The notes: a model not told the origin generated them from the letters alone. Positions 34,996 through 46,129 are shown, counted from the first letter of the stretch. The stretch is DNA of 64,000 bases from an uncultured Spirochaetota bacterium (GCA_963827275.1 CAWHAA010000004.1:512001-576000); one strand, 5' to 3'. Made by a program: numbers and translations.

Positions 34996-36627
34996 ATGCA
35001 TTTCGTATCCCTAAAATACCTGTTATTTTTCATCGCGGTCGTTTCGGTCTTCTTCGCGATCCCTCAGCGGTTCCGGTGGATGTTCCTCCTTGCCACGAGC
35101 TATTTTTTCTACATGACATGGGACCCGAAGTATGCCCTCCTCCTCCTTACGACGACCACCATCGTGTACGGCACCGGCCTGCTGATGCAGGACCGCCCGC
35201 AAAATCAGAAGAAAACGCTGGCCGCCTTCAGCCTGGTTGCGAACCTGGGCGTCCTTTTTGCATTCAAGTATTATAACTTTTTCAATAACAGCATCAAAGA
35301 CCTGTTCGGCCTCTTCGGCACGACCTATGATGTGCCGGCCATGACGCTGCTCATGCCGGTGGGGATATCCTTTTACACCTTCCAGGCCCTCAGCTATACC
35401 ATCGACGTGTACCGGGGCACGCGGAAGGCGGAGCGTAATTTCGGGATGTTCGCCCTGTACGTGAGCTTTTTTCCCGTGATCCTTTCAGGACCTATCGAGC
35501 GCTCGACAACGCTCCTTCCCCAGTTCTACGAAAAGACGGAATTCAACTACGACCGTGTCGTCAACGGACTTCTGCTCATGGCGTGGGGCTTCTTCCAGAA
35601 GCTGGTCATTGCCGACCGGCTGAACGCATACACCAGCCTGGTGTACGGGAGTATCGGCGTTTCGTACGGCGAGTTCGGCGCGCTCAAGGGTCTGCCCCTT
35701 CTGGCGGCAGCGTACCTCTACCCGATACAGATCTTCTGCGATTTCTCGGGATATACCGATATCGCCATCGGCACCGCGCAGGTGATGGGGTACAAGCTCC
35801 TCCCCAATTTCCGCCGGCCTTTTCTCTCGGTCTCCATCGGGGAGCTGTGGCGGCGATGGCACATGTCGCTCATCTCCTGGATACGGGACTACCTGTACAT
35901 TCCGCTGGGAGGCAGCCGGGTCTCGCGGCTGCGGTGGTATTTTAACCTCGTTTTTGTTTTCACGATGAGCGGCCTCTGGCACGGCGCGCAGTGGACCTTC
36001 GTGACCTGGGGCGCAATGAACGGCGCCATGATAGCGGTAAGCCGGCGCACCCAGACGATACGGGAGCGGGTGCGCGACGGGATTTTCGGCGCCATGGGTG
36101 CGGTGCCTGCCGGCGCGTTTTTTGCCCTCTGCGCGGCCATGGCGCTCATCGCGGCGCTGGGCGGCAGGGCGGGGATAGCCGGCATCGGCGGCAGGGCGGC
36201 GGCCGGGGCCGGGGTGCTCCTGTTCCTTGCGCTGGGCATCATGAAGAAGCGGGGAGCGCCGTACCTGGCGTTTATTCTGAAGCTCAAGCGTTTCTGGCTG
36301 ATGTTCGCCACCTTCAACCTTTTTGCATTCGGCGGCGTGTTCTTCAGGGCAAAGAGCATGTCGGACGCCTGGTATATCCTGACCCATTTCCTCGGGACGA
36401 ATGTCCTGCACCTCTTCATTGCGGTCAAACCCCTGGATTTTTTAATCATGCTCCTGCTGATCGTCTTTCTTCTCGTTATCCACAACATACAGGAAAAGCG
36501 CGGGAGCATACGCGCGATTATACGCTCAAAACCCTTTCCGGTGCGCTGGGCGTTCTATTATCTCCTGGTCATGTCGATATTCGCCGGGATGCGCCAGACA
36601 GGCGGATTCGAGTATTTCAGGTTTTGA
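34996..36627 (+). CDS. MBOAT family O-acyltransferase (AlgI/DltB-like)
   Basis: PVGISFYTFQ, SGPIER, DFSGYTD, WRRWHMSL, YIPLGG and SGLWHGA. Confidence 0.92.
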   Translation: MHFVSLKYLLFFIAVVSVFFAIPQRFRWMFLLATSYFFYMTWDPKYALLLLTTTTIVYGTGLLMQDRPQNQKKTLAAFSLVANLGVLFAFKYYNFFNNSIKDLFGLFGTTYDVPAMTLLMPVGISFYTFQALSYTIDVYRGTRKAERNFGMFALYVSFFPVILSGPIERSTTLLPQFYEKTEFNYDRVVNGLLLMAWGFFQKLVIADRLNAYTSLVYGSIGVSYGEFGALKGLPLLAAAYLYPIQIFCDFSGYTDIAIGTAQVMGYKLLPNFRRPFLSVSIGELWRRWHMSLISWIRDYLYIPLGGSRVSRLRWYFNLVFVFTMSGLWHGAQWTFVTWGAMNGAMIAVSRRTQTIRERVRDGIFGAMGAVPAGAFFALCAAMALIAALGGRAGIAGIGGRAAAGAGVLLFLALGIMKKRGAPYLAFILKLKRFWLMFATFNLFAFGGVFFRAKSMSDAWYILTHFLGTNVLHLFIAVKPLDFLIMLLLIVFLLVIHNIQEKRGSIRAIIRSKPFPVRWAFYYLLVMSIFAGMRQTGGFEYFRF

Positions 36628-36644
36628 AAACGTGAGGACGGGAA

Positions 36645-37574
36645 ATGATAAAATTAATATATAAATCCGCCATCCTCGCAGGGCTCGCGTTTGTTACGAT
36701 TTTCGCCGTCATATACCTGCAGCCGGTTGACCAGAACAAGTATCTTGCGGCGACCATCGACAAGCACCGCCTCCTTGAAACGACGCCGCAGCCGCGGATC
36801 ATATTCGCCGGCGATTCGAACCTCGCGTTCGGCCTCAACAGCGAAATGGTGAAAGCGGCGACCGGCTGCAATGTCATCAACATGGGGCTCCATGGCGGGC
36901 TCGGGCTCAACTACTACATGGACGAGCTGAAGCCGCACCTGAAAAAAGGCGATATCGTAATCATCGTCATCGACTACCAGAATTATTTCTTCGACGGCAG
37001 CGGCGCCAACACCCTGGTGGAGATCACCATCTTCAATCCCGGCATCATCCGCTATTATTCAACGGATTCGCTCTATAACTTCATCGTCGCGGTGCCGCTT
37101 GCGTTCCAGCGGCGTCTCCAGGGCGCCTTTTCCTCCGTGGGCGACGATATGGCGTTCATGCGCTCGGCCTTCAATGAATACGGGGACAACGTCGCGCACC
37201 TGAAGCTTCCGCAGCCGAAGCTCCTGGCGCCCGAGCGGCCGATGCCGGAGAAGGTGAGTGACGGAGTGCTCCGCCTCTATAACGGGTTCTATGATGAATG
37301 GCACCCCCGGGGCGTCCGCATATACCTTTCCTTTTCGCCCCTCCTGATACAGGACCGGGCCAAACAGGTGAAGGCCCTGGGCCTGCTCTATAAAGACATG
37401 GTAAACAGGGTGAAGATACCCCTGATAGGCCTGCCGACGGATTTCATGTATCCGGCGGATATGTTTTATGATAATATTTTCCACCTCAACGGCAGGGGAC
37501 GCGAGCTCCGCACCAGGGCGCTGATCCGGCAGATGAAAAAGATCCCCGAGCTTGCCGCCGCACCCAGGAAGTAG
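36645..37574 (+). CDS. SGNH-like periplasmic partner of the MBOAT protein (AlgJ/DltD-like)
   Basis: N-terminal anchor, GDS catalytic Ser, INMGLHG and C-terminal DNIFHLN (DxxH-like). Directly downstream of the MBOAT gene. Confidence 0.7.
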   Translation: MIKLIYKSAILAGLAFVTIFAVIYLQPVDQNKYLAATIDKHRLLETTPQPRIIFAGDSNLAFGLNSEMVKAATGCNVINMGLHGGLGLNYYMDELKPHLKKGDIVIIVIDYQNYFFDGSGANTLVEITIFNPGIIRYYSTDSLYNFIVAVPLAFQRRLQGAFSSVGDDMAFMRSAFNEYGDNVAHLKLPQPKLLAPERPMPEKVSDGVLRLYNGFYDEWHPRGVRIYLSFSPLLIQDRAKQVKALGLLYKDMVNRVKIPLIGLPTDFMYPADMFYDNIFHLNGRGRELRTRALIRQMKKIPELAAAPRK

Positions 37575-37845
37575 CCGGTCACGAAGCGTCTGCTTCTGCC
37601 GGTCTGGCCCCCCCATCAGGGCGGCAGCAGGGCCCTGAAAATTAAAAATGAGAACTATATATGCTTTTGCGCGGTCAAAACCGGAGGATACGGCTCGCAT
37701 GCCGCATGGAAGAAAAAATCACGCTCATGAAAAAAAAGTTTGCCTTGCCCTGTTCTTATTGTACAAGGAACAAACGGCTCTGCAAGCATGCCGGCAGGGG
37801 CCGGGTTCATGAAAAAATTGACGTACTGGTGTTGAAAGGGGAACG

Positions 37846-39198
37846 GTGATGAAGGGAAAAGCTGCCTCGAAATATCGCGTGCTGTATGTCTGCGCCGCCG
37901 TGCTGGCCCTGGCGATGTTGCCGGGCGGTATGGTTCGGCCCGGCGGGCCGTTTGCGGCTTCAGCGGAGGTGCCGTCGGTGCAGGCCGATGTCCGGCAGAA
38001 GAAGGACGAAATAGTAAAGAGGTACAGGGATAAAAAGGAAGAGCTTGTTCGCAGTCCGGATGAGATGAAGCAGATGCTCGCGGACATCCAGAAAAACATA
38101 AAAGAAAAGAACCTGCATTTCGTCGTCGGGATCAATGATATGATGAAGTACAAGATCTCCCGGATCACCGGAGCACAGGTGCCCGGGAACCTCGAACAGG
38201 ACGCCAGGGTGCAGTCTGAGCTGGGCAGCAGGCTGTGGAATGATTTCATGAAAAAATACCGTGACCATCTCGGAAAAAAAGGCGATGACGGGGAACGCGG
38301 CCGGAACGGGACAAAGGGCGAAAGCGAATATTATGAAGATATCGACATGGACCGGCAGACAGAAGAGGACCGGAAAGAGGAATATCAAAAAGAGAAGGAA
38401 GAATCCGCTTTCAAAGAAGAAAAAAAGATAGAAGAGGAGAAAAAAGAAGGAAAACCGGAAGAAGTGCGGACTGACATAGAAAACGCGCCTTCCCCCGATT
38501 CCTCGGCGTTTAACTGGGTCAGCAGAAACGTGGTCTCGCCTGCCAAATTACAGGGCGTATGCGGAAGCTGCTGGGCGTTCTCCCCGGCGGCCGCCCTTGA
38601 GGCGAATTTCATGATCAGGAAAAACTGGAACCTTGACCTTTCCGAGCAGCACATGCTTGACTGCGCGGAGGTGGAGCAGCCGGCATACCGGGGCGGCAGG
38701 GTGGTGGCCATAAAGAGCAAAGCGGGGACCTGCGGGGGGGGATGGTACGGGCCGGTGTTCGAGTATTACCGGACGCACAGCGTGCCCCTGGAGAGCCAGG
38801 TGCCCTACCGGTTCAAGGAGTCGACCTGCGTCGCTTCCGGGACGTCAAAATATAAGATCGTCTCCTGGGGATATGTGAAGTCAAACGCGGGGATCCCCTC
38901 GGTCCGGGAAATGAAAGAGGCCCTGTGCACGTACGGCCCCATTGTTGCCTGCCTGAAGATAACCCCCGCGCTGCAGGCGTACCGGAGCGGAATATTCGAT
39001 GAGTTCACCGAGTGCAACGGCGAGAGGGACATCAATCATGCCGTCACCATCGTCGGGTGGGACGATAAAAAGGAAGCCTACCTGGTGAAAAATTCATGGG
39101 GGGGCCTCTGGGGAGAAAAGGGCTTCTTCTGGATTAAATACGGGTGCAATAACATAGGCTACGGCGCGGCATGGGTCGTGGTCAACAGCATGGAGTAG
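37846..39198 (+). CDS. Secreted papain-family (C1A) cysteine peptidase
   Basis: Signal peptide, QGVCGSCWAF (Cys), LSEQ, NHAVTIVGW (His) and KNSWG (Asn). Confidence 0.92.
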   Translation: MMKGKAASKYRVLYVCAAVLALAMLPGGMVRPGGPFAASAEVPSVQADVRQKKDEIVKRYRDKKEELVRSPDEMKQMLADIQKNIKEKNLHFVVGINDMMKYKISRITGAQVPGNLEQDARVQSELGSRLWNDFMKKYRDHLGKKGDDGERGRNGTKGESEYYEDIDMDRQTEEDRKEEYQKEKEESAFKEEKKIEEEKKEGKPEEVRTDIENAPSPDSSAFNWVSRNVVSPAKLQGVCGSCWAFSPAAALEANFMIRKNWNLDLSEQHMLDCAEVEQPAYRGGRVVAIKSKAGTCGGGWYGPVFEYYRTHSVPLESQVPYRFKESTCVASGTSKYKIVSWGYVKSNAGIPSVREMKEALCTYGPIVACLKITPALQAYRSGIFDEFTECNGERDINHAVTIVGWDDKKEAYLVKNSWGGLWGEKGFFWIKYGCNNIGYGAAWVVVNSME

Positions 39199-39251
39199 CC
39201 GTGCTGCGGCGGACAGGCGGGCGATGATACTGCAAGGTGAATGGAGGCCAT

Positions 39252-39656
39252 ATGCGCGATAAACGGTTTGTGAAACATCTTCCCCTGCCGGCGCTTTTAT
39301 GCTTTGTCTTCCTGTTCTGCTTCTGCGCCAGTAAGCCCGTCATGACGCTCACCGGCGCCGATAACGGGACCAGGGTGGAGATAAAAACAGGCGATGTCAT
39401 CGAGGTGTCGCTGGAGGCGCAGCTCGGCACCGGATACGGGTGGGAGGTGGTCTCCCGGCACAACAATCTCGTCCTTGTTGGCGAACCGGTACAGGCGCCC
39501 GTTGGGAAAGCGAAGCCGGGAGGGCCGGAGCGCCAGACCTTCCGGTTTAAAGCGGTGGAAAAGGGCGAATCCGGGCTTGTGCTCCGGTATGCGCAGGGCT
39601 GGCGCGGGGATGCAGCGGCCCAGAGGGAATTCACCGTTACGGTGCTGGTAAAATAG
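39252..39656 (+). CDS. Chagasin/I42-family cysteine peptidase inhibitor
   Basis: DNG...GDVIEVSLE...TGYGW...F.F.A...G...L.Y...W pattern and a probable lipoprotein signal. ATG follows ggagg. Confidence 0.75.
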   Translation: MRDKRFVKHLPLPALLCFVFLFCFCASKPVMTLTGADNGTRVEIKTGDVIEVSLEAQLGTGYGWEVVSRHNNLVLVGEPVQAPVGKAKPGGPERQTFRFKAVEKGESGLVLRYAQGWRGDAAAQREFTVTVLVK

Positions 39657-39726
39657 CAATCAAAAAAATGCTTGTTTAATCCCGGCGCTGTACGAAAGAT
39701 ATGAATCGGGAGAAAAGAAAACGGCA

Positions 39727-40884
39727 ATGAGGATCATTAATTTTATCATATTTCTCGGCATCGTTCTCAGCATCATGGGGGCGGTGAACTACTATATCTG
39801 CCTGCGGGGATGGCAGGTCCTTCCGAGGGACCCGGCCGTGCGCATCCCGTACCTCGTGCTGTTCGTGTTTTTTGCCGTTTCATATCTGGCCGGAAGGGTG
39901 CTGGAGCGCTTCTCCATCTGTACCGCCAGCGAATGCCTCATCTGGATCGGGTCGTTCTGGTTGGGCCTCATGCTCTACCTCTTCCTCGGCGCGCTCCTCT
40001 GCGACCTGCTGCGACTCGTCAACTGGATCGCGGGGATCGTGCCGGTGCCCTCCGACCACTACACGAGGGCGAAGCAGATTGCCGCGGCGGCGGTTGCCGC
40101 GGCCGCGGTCATTGCGGTGCTGGCGGGCTTTTACAACACGCTGCATCCCCGTATCAACCGGCTCGCGATCGACATACCGAAATCCGCGGGGGGCAGGAAG
40201 TCCCTGGATATCGCCCTGGTGACGGATGTGCACCTGGGCACCATCATAAAGAACGCCCATTTGCAGAAGATGGTGGACATGGTGAACGTGATCAGGCCCG
40301 ACGTGGTGCTCCTCTGCGGCGACATCGTTGACGAGGACCTCGCTCCCGTGATACAGAACAACCTCGGCGAGCTGCTCCGCACTATCCGGTCCCGCTTCGG
40401 GACCTACGCGGTGACCGGGAACCACGAGTATATCGGCGGGGTCGATGCCGCCTGCCGGTACCTTGCCGAGCATGGCGTGACCATGCTGCGCGACAGCGCG
40501 GTGCAGATCGGCGGCACGATCTACATAGCGGGCCGTGAGGACCGGAGCATCGGCCAGTTTAACGGGGGGAGGAGGCTCCCCCTGGAGGAGCTTCTCAAAC
40601 AGGTCGATACCGCGCGCCCCGTCATCCTGATGGACCACCAGCCGTTCCGCCTCTCCGATGCGGCAGGCCGCGGCGTCGACCTCCAGGTCTCCGGCCATAC
40701 CCACCATGGCCAGCTCTGGCCCTTCAATTACCTCACCGGCCTGATCTACGAAGTGAGCAGGGGCCACAAGTTGATCAACGGTACGAACTTCTACGTGTCA
40801 TGCGGCTTCGGCACCTGGGGCCCGCCCGCGAGGATCGGGATGGTGCCCGAGGTGGTGCACCTCCACCTGCGGTTCAAGAAATAG
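39727..40884 (+). CDS. Membrane-anchored metallophosphoesterase (YkuE-like)
   Basis: Four TM helices, DVHLG, GDIVD, GNHE, HQP and SGHTHHGQ. Confidence 0.9.
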   Translation: MRIINFIIFLGIVLSIMGAVNYYICLRGWQVLPRDPAVRIPYLVLFVFFAVSYLAGRVLERFSICTASECLIWIGSFWLGLMLYLFLGALLCDLLRLVNWIAGIVPVPSDHYTRAKQIAAAAVAAAAVIAVLAGFYNTLHPRINRLAIDIPKSAGGRKSLDIALVTDVHLGTIIKNAHLQKMVDMVNVIRPDVVLLCGDIVDEDLAPVIQNNLGELLRTIRSRFGTYAVTGNHEYIGGVDAACRYLAEHGVTMLRDSAVQIGGTIYIAGREDRSIGQFNGGRRLPLEELLKQVDTARPVILMDHQPFRLSDAAGRGVDLQVSGHTHHGQLWPFNYLTGLIYEVSRGHKLINGTNFYVSCGFGTWGPPARIGMVPEVVHLHLRFKK

Positions 40885-40904
40885 CGCCGCGCCGGCCCCG
40901 CGTG

Positions 40905-41924
40905 ATGAACAGCCTGCATCGAACTATCGCCCTGGCATTCCTCGCGTCGCTCCTGTGCGGCGTCATGCCCCGCTGCGCCGCGCCCGCGGGCCGGGAAGGG
41001 GCTGACTACCCGCGCCGCTACGAGTTCCGCGAGGTCTGGGGCTACCTCATGAAGGGAGAGGAGAAGGAGCTGACCGGCAGCGAGCCCTTCACCGATATAC
41101 TCTACTTCGGCGTCTCGGTTGACAGGGAAGGAAAGCTCTTCGGTTCGATCGCGCCGCCGCAGCTTCCCGTCGCGGGCGTAACGCCGCGGGTCCACCTGGT
41201 CGTCTTCAAGCTGGCCGATCCGGCGCTCCTCCATACCTGTCTCGCCAAAGAAGGAGCGGTGCGTGAAAACCTGATCAACGATATCGCCGTGTCCGCGGAG
41301 AATTTCGCCGGGATCCAGATTGATTTCGAGTCGCTCCTTCCGGAGGACGGCGAGGCCTTCAACTCCTTCCTCGCGGAGCTGAAGGTGCGGCTGCCGGAGC
41401 GGGTCCTGAGCGTGGCGGTGCCGGCGCGGCTGAACGGCAACGGCAACGGGAAAAAAGCGTATGACTATACGGCGCTTGCCGGCATAGCCGACCGGGTCTT
41501 CGTCATGGCCTATGACCAGCACTGGGAGACGAGCGCGCCGGGCCCCGTGGCCTCGCTGTCATGGTGCGCCGGCGTGGCAGACTACGCGGCGTCCGTCGTT
41601 CCCCCTGACAGGCTCGTCATGGGGATCCCCCTCTACGGGAGGGCGTGGCAGGAACGCAAGGTAAACCGGGCGGTGACCCACCGGCGGGCGGTTGAGCTCG
41701 CGCGCCGGAGGCTGAAAAAACAGGCCGGGCCCGCGGAGCACGGACCGAGCTTTGAATATGTCGAGCAGGTCACCGTGAAGGTGTTCTACGAGGATACCGG
41801 GTCGATCCACGAAAAGCTGCGCCTGTACGAGTCGCACCGCGTCCCCGCCGTCGCGTTCTGGCGCATCGGGCAGGGGCCGCCCGGGTTGTGGCGCACGATA
41901 GTTATCGGCGGCGTCAGACCTTGA
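40905..41924 (+). CDS. Glycoside hydrolase family 18 protein
   Basis: GIQIDFE, VMAYDQH, PGPVA, MGIPLYG and AFWRIG. Start placed at ATG 40905. Confidence 0.8.
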   Translation: MNSLHRTIALAFLASLLCGVMPRCAAPAGREGADYPRRYEFREVWGYLMKGEEKELTGSEPFTDILYFGVSVDREGKLFGSIAPPQLPVAGVTPRVHLVVFKLADPALLHTCLAKEGAVRENLINDIAVSAENFAGIQIDFESLLPEDGEAFNSFLAELKVRLPERVLSVAVPARLNGNGNGKKAYDYTALAGIADRVFVMAYDQHWETSAPGPVASLSWCAGVADYAASVVPPDRLVMGIPLYGRAWQERKVNRAVTHRRAVELARRRLKKQAGPAEHGPSFEYVEQVTVKVFYEDTGSIHEKLRLYESHRVPAVAFWRIGQGPPGLWRTIVIGGVRP

Positions 41925-43989
41925 AGAACGCCACGCGCGACGAAAGGCTTTCCGCGATGGCGGAGAGCTCTTCCGCGTTTGCGGACATCTCCTCCGAGCT
42001 GGCGGAGTTCTTCTGCGAAAGCTCGTTTATGTAGGATACCGCCTTCACTATCTCCTCCGCCGCGATCTTCTGCTCGTCGGTGGCGGCCCTGATGGTGTTC
42101 GCCATCTCCTGTACTTTTCCCGCCTCGGTGTTCACGATCTCGTTGCTCGAAAGCTGCTTTTCCATGTTCTGGAAAATAAGGTCCATCATGCGGGCTATCG
42201 TTTCGACCCCTTCGATGATGTCGCTCATGACCCGGCCGGCCGTCGATGCGCTGTCGATCCCCTTCCGTATCTCGTCCTTGTTCCCCCTGACAAGGCTGTC
42301 GATCTCCTTCAGGCTGGATGCGGTCTGGTCGGCGAGCTTGCCGATTTCATCCGCCACGACCGCGAACCCGCGGCCGGCGTCGCCGGCCCGGGCCGCCTCG
42401 ATGGCGGCGTTCAGGGCGAGCAGGTTCACCTGTTCGGAGATGCCGTTTATTATCTCGATGATGTTTGTCATCTCCTCCGATCGCTTGCCGAGGGAAGACA
42501 TGCTGAGGTTCATGGCGTTCAGGGAGGCCCCCCCCGATTGCGCCTTCTCGGATATCTGGCCGGTCAGGCCGAGCCCCTCCTTGACCCGTATGCCCATGCC
42601 GTTGATGGTGTCGGACAGCTCGTGCATCCGCTCGACGAGGGCGGAGAGGCTGGTGAACTGGTCATTGGCGCCGTCGCTCACGCTTTCCAGTCCGGAGGAG
42701 AGCTCTTCCACCGTTGACATGATCTCCTCAGCGGAGGCGGCCTGTTTCTGTACGTTTTCCGTGAAGAAGCCCGAGGAGGCCGACATCTCGCTTGCTGCCG
42801 AGGCGAGCTGCATGGATATGTCCATCATGTTCTTCACGATCCCCGAGATTTCATCGAGGAACTGGTCAAGGCTCTCGCCGATGTCGCCGATCTCGCTTTT
42901 TTTGTCTATCCCGGTCCTGACCATGAGGTCGCCGGTCGACATTTTCCGGATGGTCGCGATGATTCGATTGATCGGCTTCATTGTTTTCCCGAAGGCGTAA
43001 TAGACGACCAGCGCGATGACGGCCATGAATATCAGGGCGGAGACAAGGTAAAATGCCACCATCGCCCGTACCGACGAGAGGGCGTGCCTCCGGTCGACCT
43101 CGATGAGGAAGACCCACTCGAAGTAGCTGTACCATTTCCATATCCCGATGACCGTGTTGCCGAGGTGCCCGGTATACTCCCCGCTCCCGGCGGTTTTATC
43201 CGCCACGCAGCGCGACACGCCGTCGACCGGCTTCCCGGATTCAGGGTCGGCGAGGATGAACCCCCCGTCTCCGTTCCGGTATTCGAATTGGCCCGATGAA
43301 AGTATGAGACGGCCGTCCCTGTCGGATAGATACGCGTGGCCCCCCTCCCCCAGGTTTATCATGCTGATCGAGTCTTCAAGGATCGCCATGTTGATGAAGG
43401 TGACAACATGCCCGGTGATCGCGCCCCGCTCCCCGGGCAGCTGGTAGACCGGATAGCTGATCGGCTGGCTGACGGAACGGTTCTTCGTGCCGGTCAGTAT
43501 GACCGGCGCGGCGATATGCACGTCGTCGCTGTTTCTGATCTCATTATTGATGCGCTTGACCGCGATGTCCGCCCAGAGGGCCGAGGTCGCGTGGCAGACC
43601 TTCCCGCCGCGGCCAAGGAGAACGATGCCGCTGTACACCCCCTGGTCGAGCATGATGCCGTTGATATAGTCCTTCGCCAGCGGGGCGGCACGTCCTGTTG
43701 CTGCGGTCAGGTTGAGGGCGGCGATGACGTCAGGGGCCCCGGCGATCTTCTCGGTGTTTTCAACCCGGAGCTCCATCCATTCTTCTATAAACTCGAACTG
43801 CTTTGTCGCGATTTCCATGTAGGTGCGCTTGGTAAGGGAGGAGATGAGGCGCTGGTTGATCGCATAGTTGATTGCCATGAAAACCATGAGGACCGCCAGG
43901 ATGATTCCGCCCATGATGACATAGGTGTTTTGCTTTTTCAGACGGAAGCCAGGGACCTTCAAATTGAAAATTTTTTGTACGAATTCCAT
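41914..43989 (-). CDS. Methyl-accepting chemotaxis protein with Cache sensor and HAMP domain
   Basis: Two TM segments flanking a Cache-like domain, a HAMP domain and [29 protein letters not shown]. Confidence 0.92.
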   Translation of the reverse strand: MEFVQKIFNLKVPGFRLKKQNTYVIMGGIILAVLMVFMAINYAINQRLISSLTKRTYMEIATKQFEFIEEWMELRVENTEKIAGAPDVIAALNLTAATGRAAPLAKDYINGIMLDQGVYSGIVLLGRGGKVCHATSALWADIAVKRINNEIRNSDDVHIAAPVILTGTKNRSVSQPISYPVYQLPGERGAITGHVVTFINMAILEDSISMINLGEGGHAYLSDRDGRLILSSGQFEYRNGDGGFILADPESGKPVDGVSRCVADKTAGSGEYTGHLGNTVIGIWKWYSYFEWVFLIEVDRRHALSSVRAMVAFYLVSALIFMAVIALVVYYAFGKTMKPINRIIATIRKMSTGDLMVRTGIDKKSEIGDIGESLDQFLDEISGIVKNMMDISMQLASAASEMSASSGFFTENVQKQAASAEEIMSTVEELSSGLESVSDGANDQFTSLSALVERMHELSDTINGMGIRVKEGLGLTGQISEKAQSGGASLNAMNLSMSSLGKRSEEMTNIIEIINGISEQVNLLALNAAIEAARAGDAGRGFAVVADEIGKLADQTASSLKEIDSLVRGNKDEIRKGIDSASTAGRVMSDIIEGVETIARMMDLIFQNMEKQLSSNEIVNTEAGKVQEMANTIRAATDEQKIAAEEIVKAVSYINELSQKNSASSEEMSANAEELSAIAESLSSRVAFFKV

Positions 43990-44074
43990 GACATGCCTCG
44001 CAAGGTGGTATCGAATCCGTGTCCCCCGGCACGGGAAGTGTTATATTTAATGATGATCTGAACAGGGGCGTTTG

Positions 44075-45019
44075 TCAATTCCCTTTTTTTTGCCGATGAT
44101 ACGAGAATTCCAGCACGGCGCCTATCGCCGCCGGGATTATGGTGAAGATAATGCCGCCCGCGATGATCTCGAGCGGCCCGGAGAATTCACCGCCTTCCTG
44201 TTCGGCCATGCCGATGATGAGCAGGGCCCAGAAGAGGGCGCACAGGGCGAAGATTGTCCTGGATATGACGATTTTATACCTGCCGCGTCCCGCCGGGGCG
44301 GCCTCCCGCGTCATGTCCTGCGCCGTATCGGGCCGCGCGCCCCAGCGGCGCGCGGACAATGCCGCCCCCTTTTTCAGACAGACGGCGCCGAGCGCAAAAA
44401 TGGCGATCACCACCGGGACGACCAGGAAGGCCGCCGCCGTCCCCGACAGCACGAGGGTGTCGTACGCGCCGTGGACCAGGAAGGCGGCAAAAAAGCCGGC
44501 CGCTATCCTTCTCCTGCCGGCGGCCGGCGAGGGCGCGAACCGGGCCATGCCGACGAAGTATCCCATGATCACGCCGGTAAAGGTGTGGAGGGGAACGGCG
44601 GTTACCGCCCGCATCACGCCGGTGACAGGCCCGTTCTGCACGACATAGAGGACGTTTTCGACAAGGGAAAATCCGATGGCGGCCGCGCCTGCATACACGA
44701 TCCCGTCATTCTCTTCGTTGAAGTTGGCGTTGTTCCAGATGAACAGGAGGACCACCGCGAGCTTGGCCGCCTCTTCGACCGGTGCTATCACCGCGAACGA
44801 CCGGTACGCCGCGCCGGCGAGCCCCTCCGATGCGGGAAACGGTATCTGGATGAGCAGCGCTTCCGCGACCGCAACGGGTATCACCGCGGCCGCGCCCAGG
44901 AGGAGCGTTTTCAGGATCAGGCCGTGCGGCTCCGGCTCCAGCCTGTCGAGATGGTTGATGTAGAGTAAAAAGGCCAGGGGAGGGGTGACGGCAATGGTCA
45001 CGAGGATCAGGAGGTCCAT
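44075..45019 (-). CDS. prsW: PrsW-family intramembrane glutamic protease
   Basis: D.LEPEP, APVEEAAK, DGIVY, GFSLVEN.LY, PLH and HGAYD. Confidence 0.88.
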   Translation of the reverse strand: MDLLILVTIAVTPPLAFLLYINHLDRLEPEPHGLILKTLLLGAAAVIPVAVAEALLIQIPFPASEGLAGAAYRSFAVIAPVEEAAKLAVVLLFIWNNANFNEENDGIVYAGAAAIGFSLVENVLYVVQNGPVTGVMRAVTAVPLHTFTGVIMGYFVGMARFAPSPAAGRRRIAAGFFAAFLVHGAYDTLVLSGTAAAFLVVPVVIAIFALGAVCLKKGAALSARRWGARPDTAQDMTREAAPAGRGRYKIVISRTIFALCALFWALLIIGMAEQEGGEFSGPLEIIAGGIIFTIIPAAIGAVLEFSYHRQKKGN

Positions 45020-45034
45020 GCGGTGTTCCTTGCT

Positions 45035-46129
45035 TCAGTCTTTCAGCTTGTAGTCCCGTTCCCTGAAAAGGATGATGCAGGCATCGACCGCATCACCGTC
45101 ATAGAGAACGCCCCGGTTGCTGTGAATCTCATCAAGCGCCCGCTCCGTGCCGATCGCGCGGCGGTAGGGCCGGTGCGATGCCATGGCCTCGACAACGTCC
45201 GCCACGGCCATGATCCTCGCCTCCGGAATTATTTTTTTTCCCGATATCCCGGCGGGATACCCGGAGCCGTTCATGCGCTCGTGGTGCTGGAATACCGTCA
45301 TGGCGACCGGCCAGGGGAAATCGATGTCCTTCACGATGTCGTATCCCATCTGGGTGTGCGTCTTGATCAGCTTGAACTCGATATCGGTCAGGACCCCCGG
45401 CTTGCTCAGTATCTCCGCGGGCACGGAAATTTTTCCGATGTCATGTATCGAGCCGGCGATGCGGATCCCGTCGATCCTGTCGCGGGAAAGTCCCATGACG
45501 GACGCGATGGCGCGGGCCAGGTCGGCGACCCGGCGGTGGTGTCCCGCCGTGTAGGGGTCCCGCACCTCGAGCGCGAGGGAGAGGGCCTGCACCGTCTGGC
45601 CAAGGGCCTTGCGTATGGTTTTAAAGCTTTCCTCGAGGTCATGCTTGCGGCCCCGGTCGGTGATATCGCGGATGATGCCCCGGAAGCCGGTCGGGGTCCC
45701 CTCGGGCGAGCGGATCAGGGAGGCGGAAATCTCGACTTCGCGCACCTCGCGGTCCTTTTTCATAATCTCGTACATGGTGGGCTTCATCGAGGACCCGGTT
45801 CTGTACAGATCACCAAACAGTCTCTTCAGATTTTCGGCGGTTGCGGCGTCCATCAATTCCCTGTAGTTTTTTCCGACAAGCTCGCCCGGGGGGTAGCCGA
45901 CTATCTGCCCCATGGCCGCGTTGCAGAAGGTATGGACGCCGTTGAGGTCGATTTCCCAGTAGCCGTCATCGATTTCGTCGAAGATGCGACGGTAATCGCC
46001 GTCAGTTGCGTGCGGGTCAGCGTGCGTACCGGGCCCCTTTTCAGACATCGGGGCTGCGCCGGCCCGTTTTTTGAGGGTTTCCAGCTCTTCGATAATCTCT
46101 TTTTTTGTTTTCGATTTATATGGATCCAT
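45035..46129 (-). CDS. PAS-domain HD-GYP phosphodiesterase
   Basis: PAS/PAC domain, RDPYTAGH, IHDIGK, HHERMNGSGYP and VADVVEAM. Confidence 0.92.
   Translation of the reverse strand: MDPYKSKTKKEIIEELETLKKRAGAAPMSEKGPGTHADPHATDGDYRRIFDEIDDGYWEIDLNGVHTFCNAAMGQIVGYPPGELVGKNYRELMDAATAENLKRLFGDLYRTGSSMKPTMYEIMKKDREVREVEISASLIRSPEGTPTGFRGIIRDITDRGRKHDLEESFKTIRKALGQTVQALSLALEVRDPYTAGHHRRVADLARAIASVMGLSRDRIDGIRIAGSIHDIGKISVPAEILSKPGVLTDIEFKLIKTHTQMGYDIVKDIDFPWPVAMTVFQHHERMNGSGYPAGISGKKIIPEARIMAVADVVEAMASHRPYRRAIGTERALDEIHSNRGVLYDGDAVDACIILFRERDYKLKD

Noticed and set aside
32319..35033. 904-aa minus-strand ORF, and similar long antisense ORFs at 15197-16974, 28035-29240, 49054-50589, 51325-52698 and 59855-60931
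   Set aside because: They are shadows of well-supported genes on the opposite strand, caused by high GC3 codon bias, and carry no recognisable motifs.
38280..38470. Purine-rich low-complexity tract in the cysteine protease gene
   Set aside because: It encodes an ordinary Glu/Lys-rich linker with no discrete tandem repeat unit.
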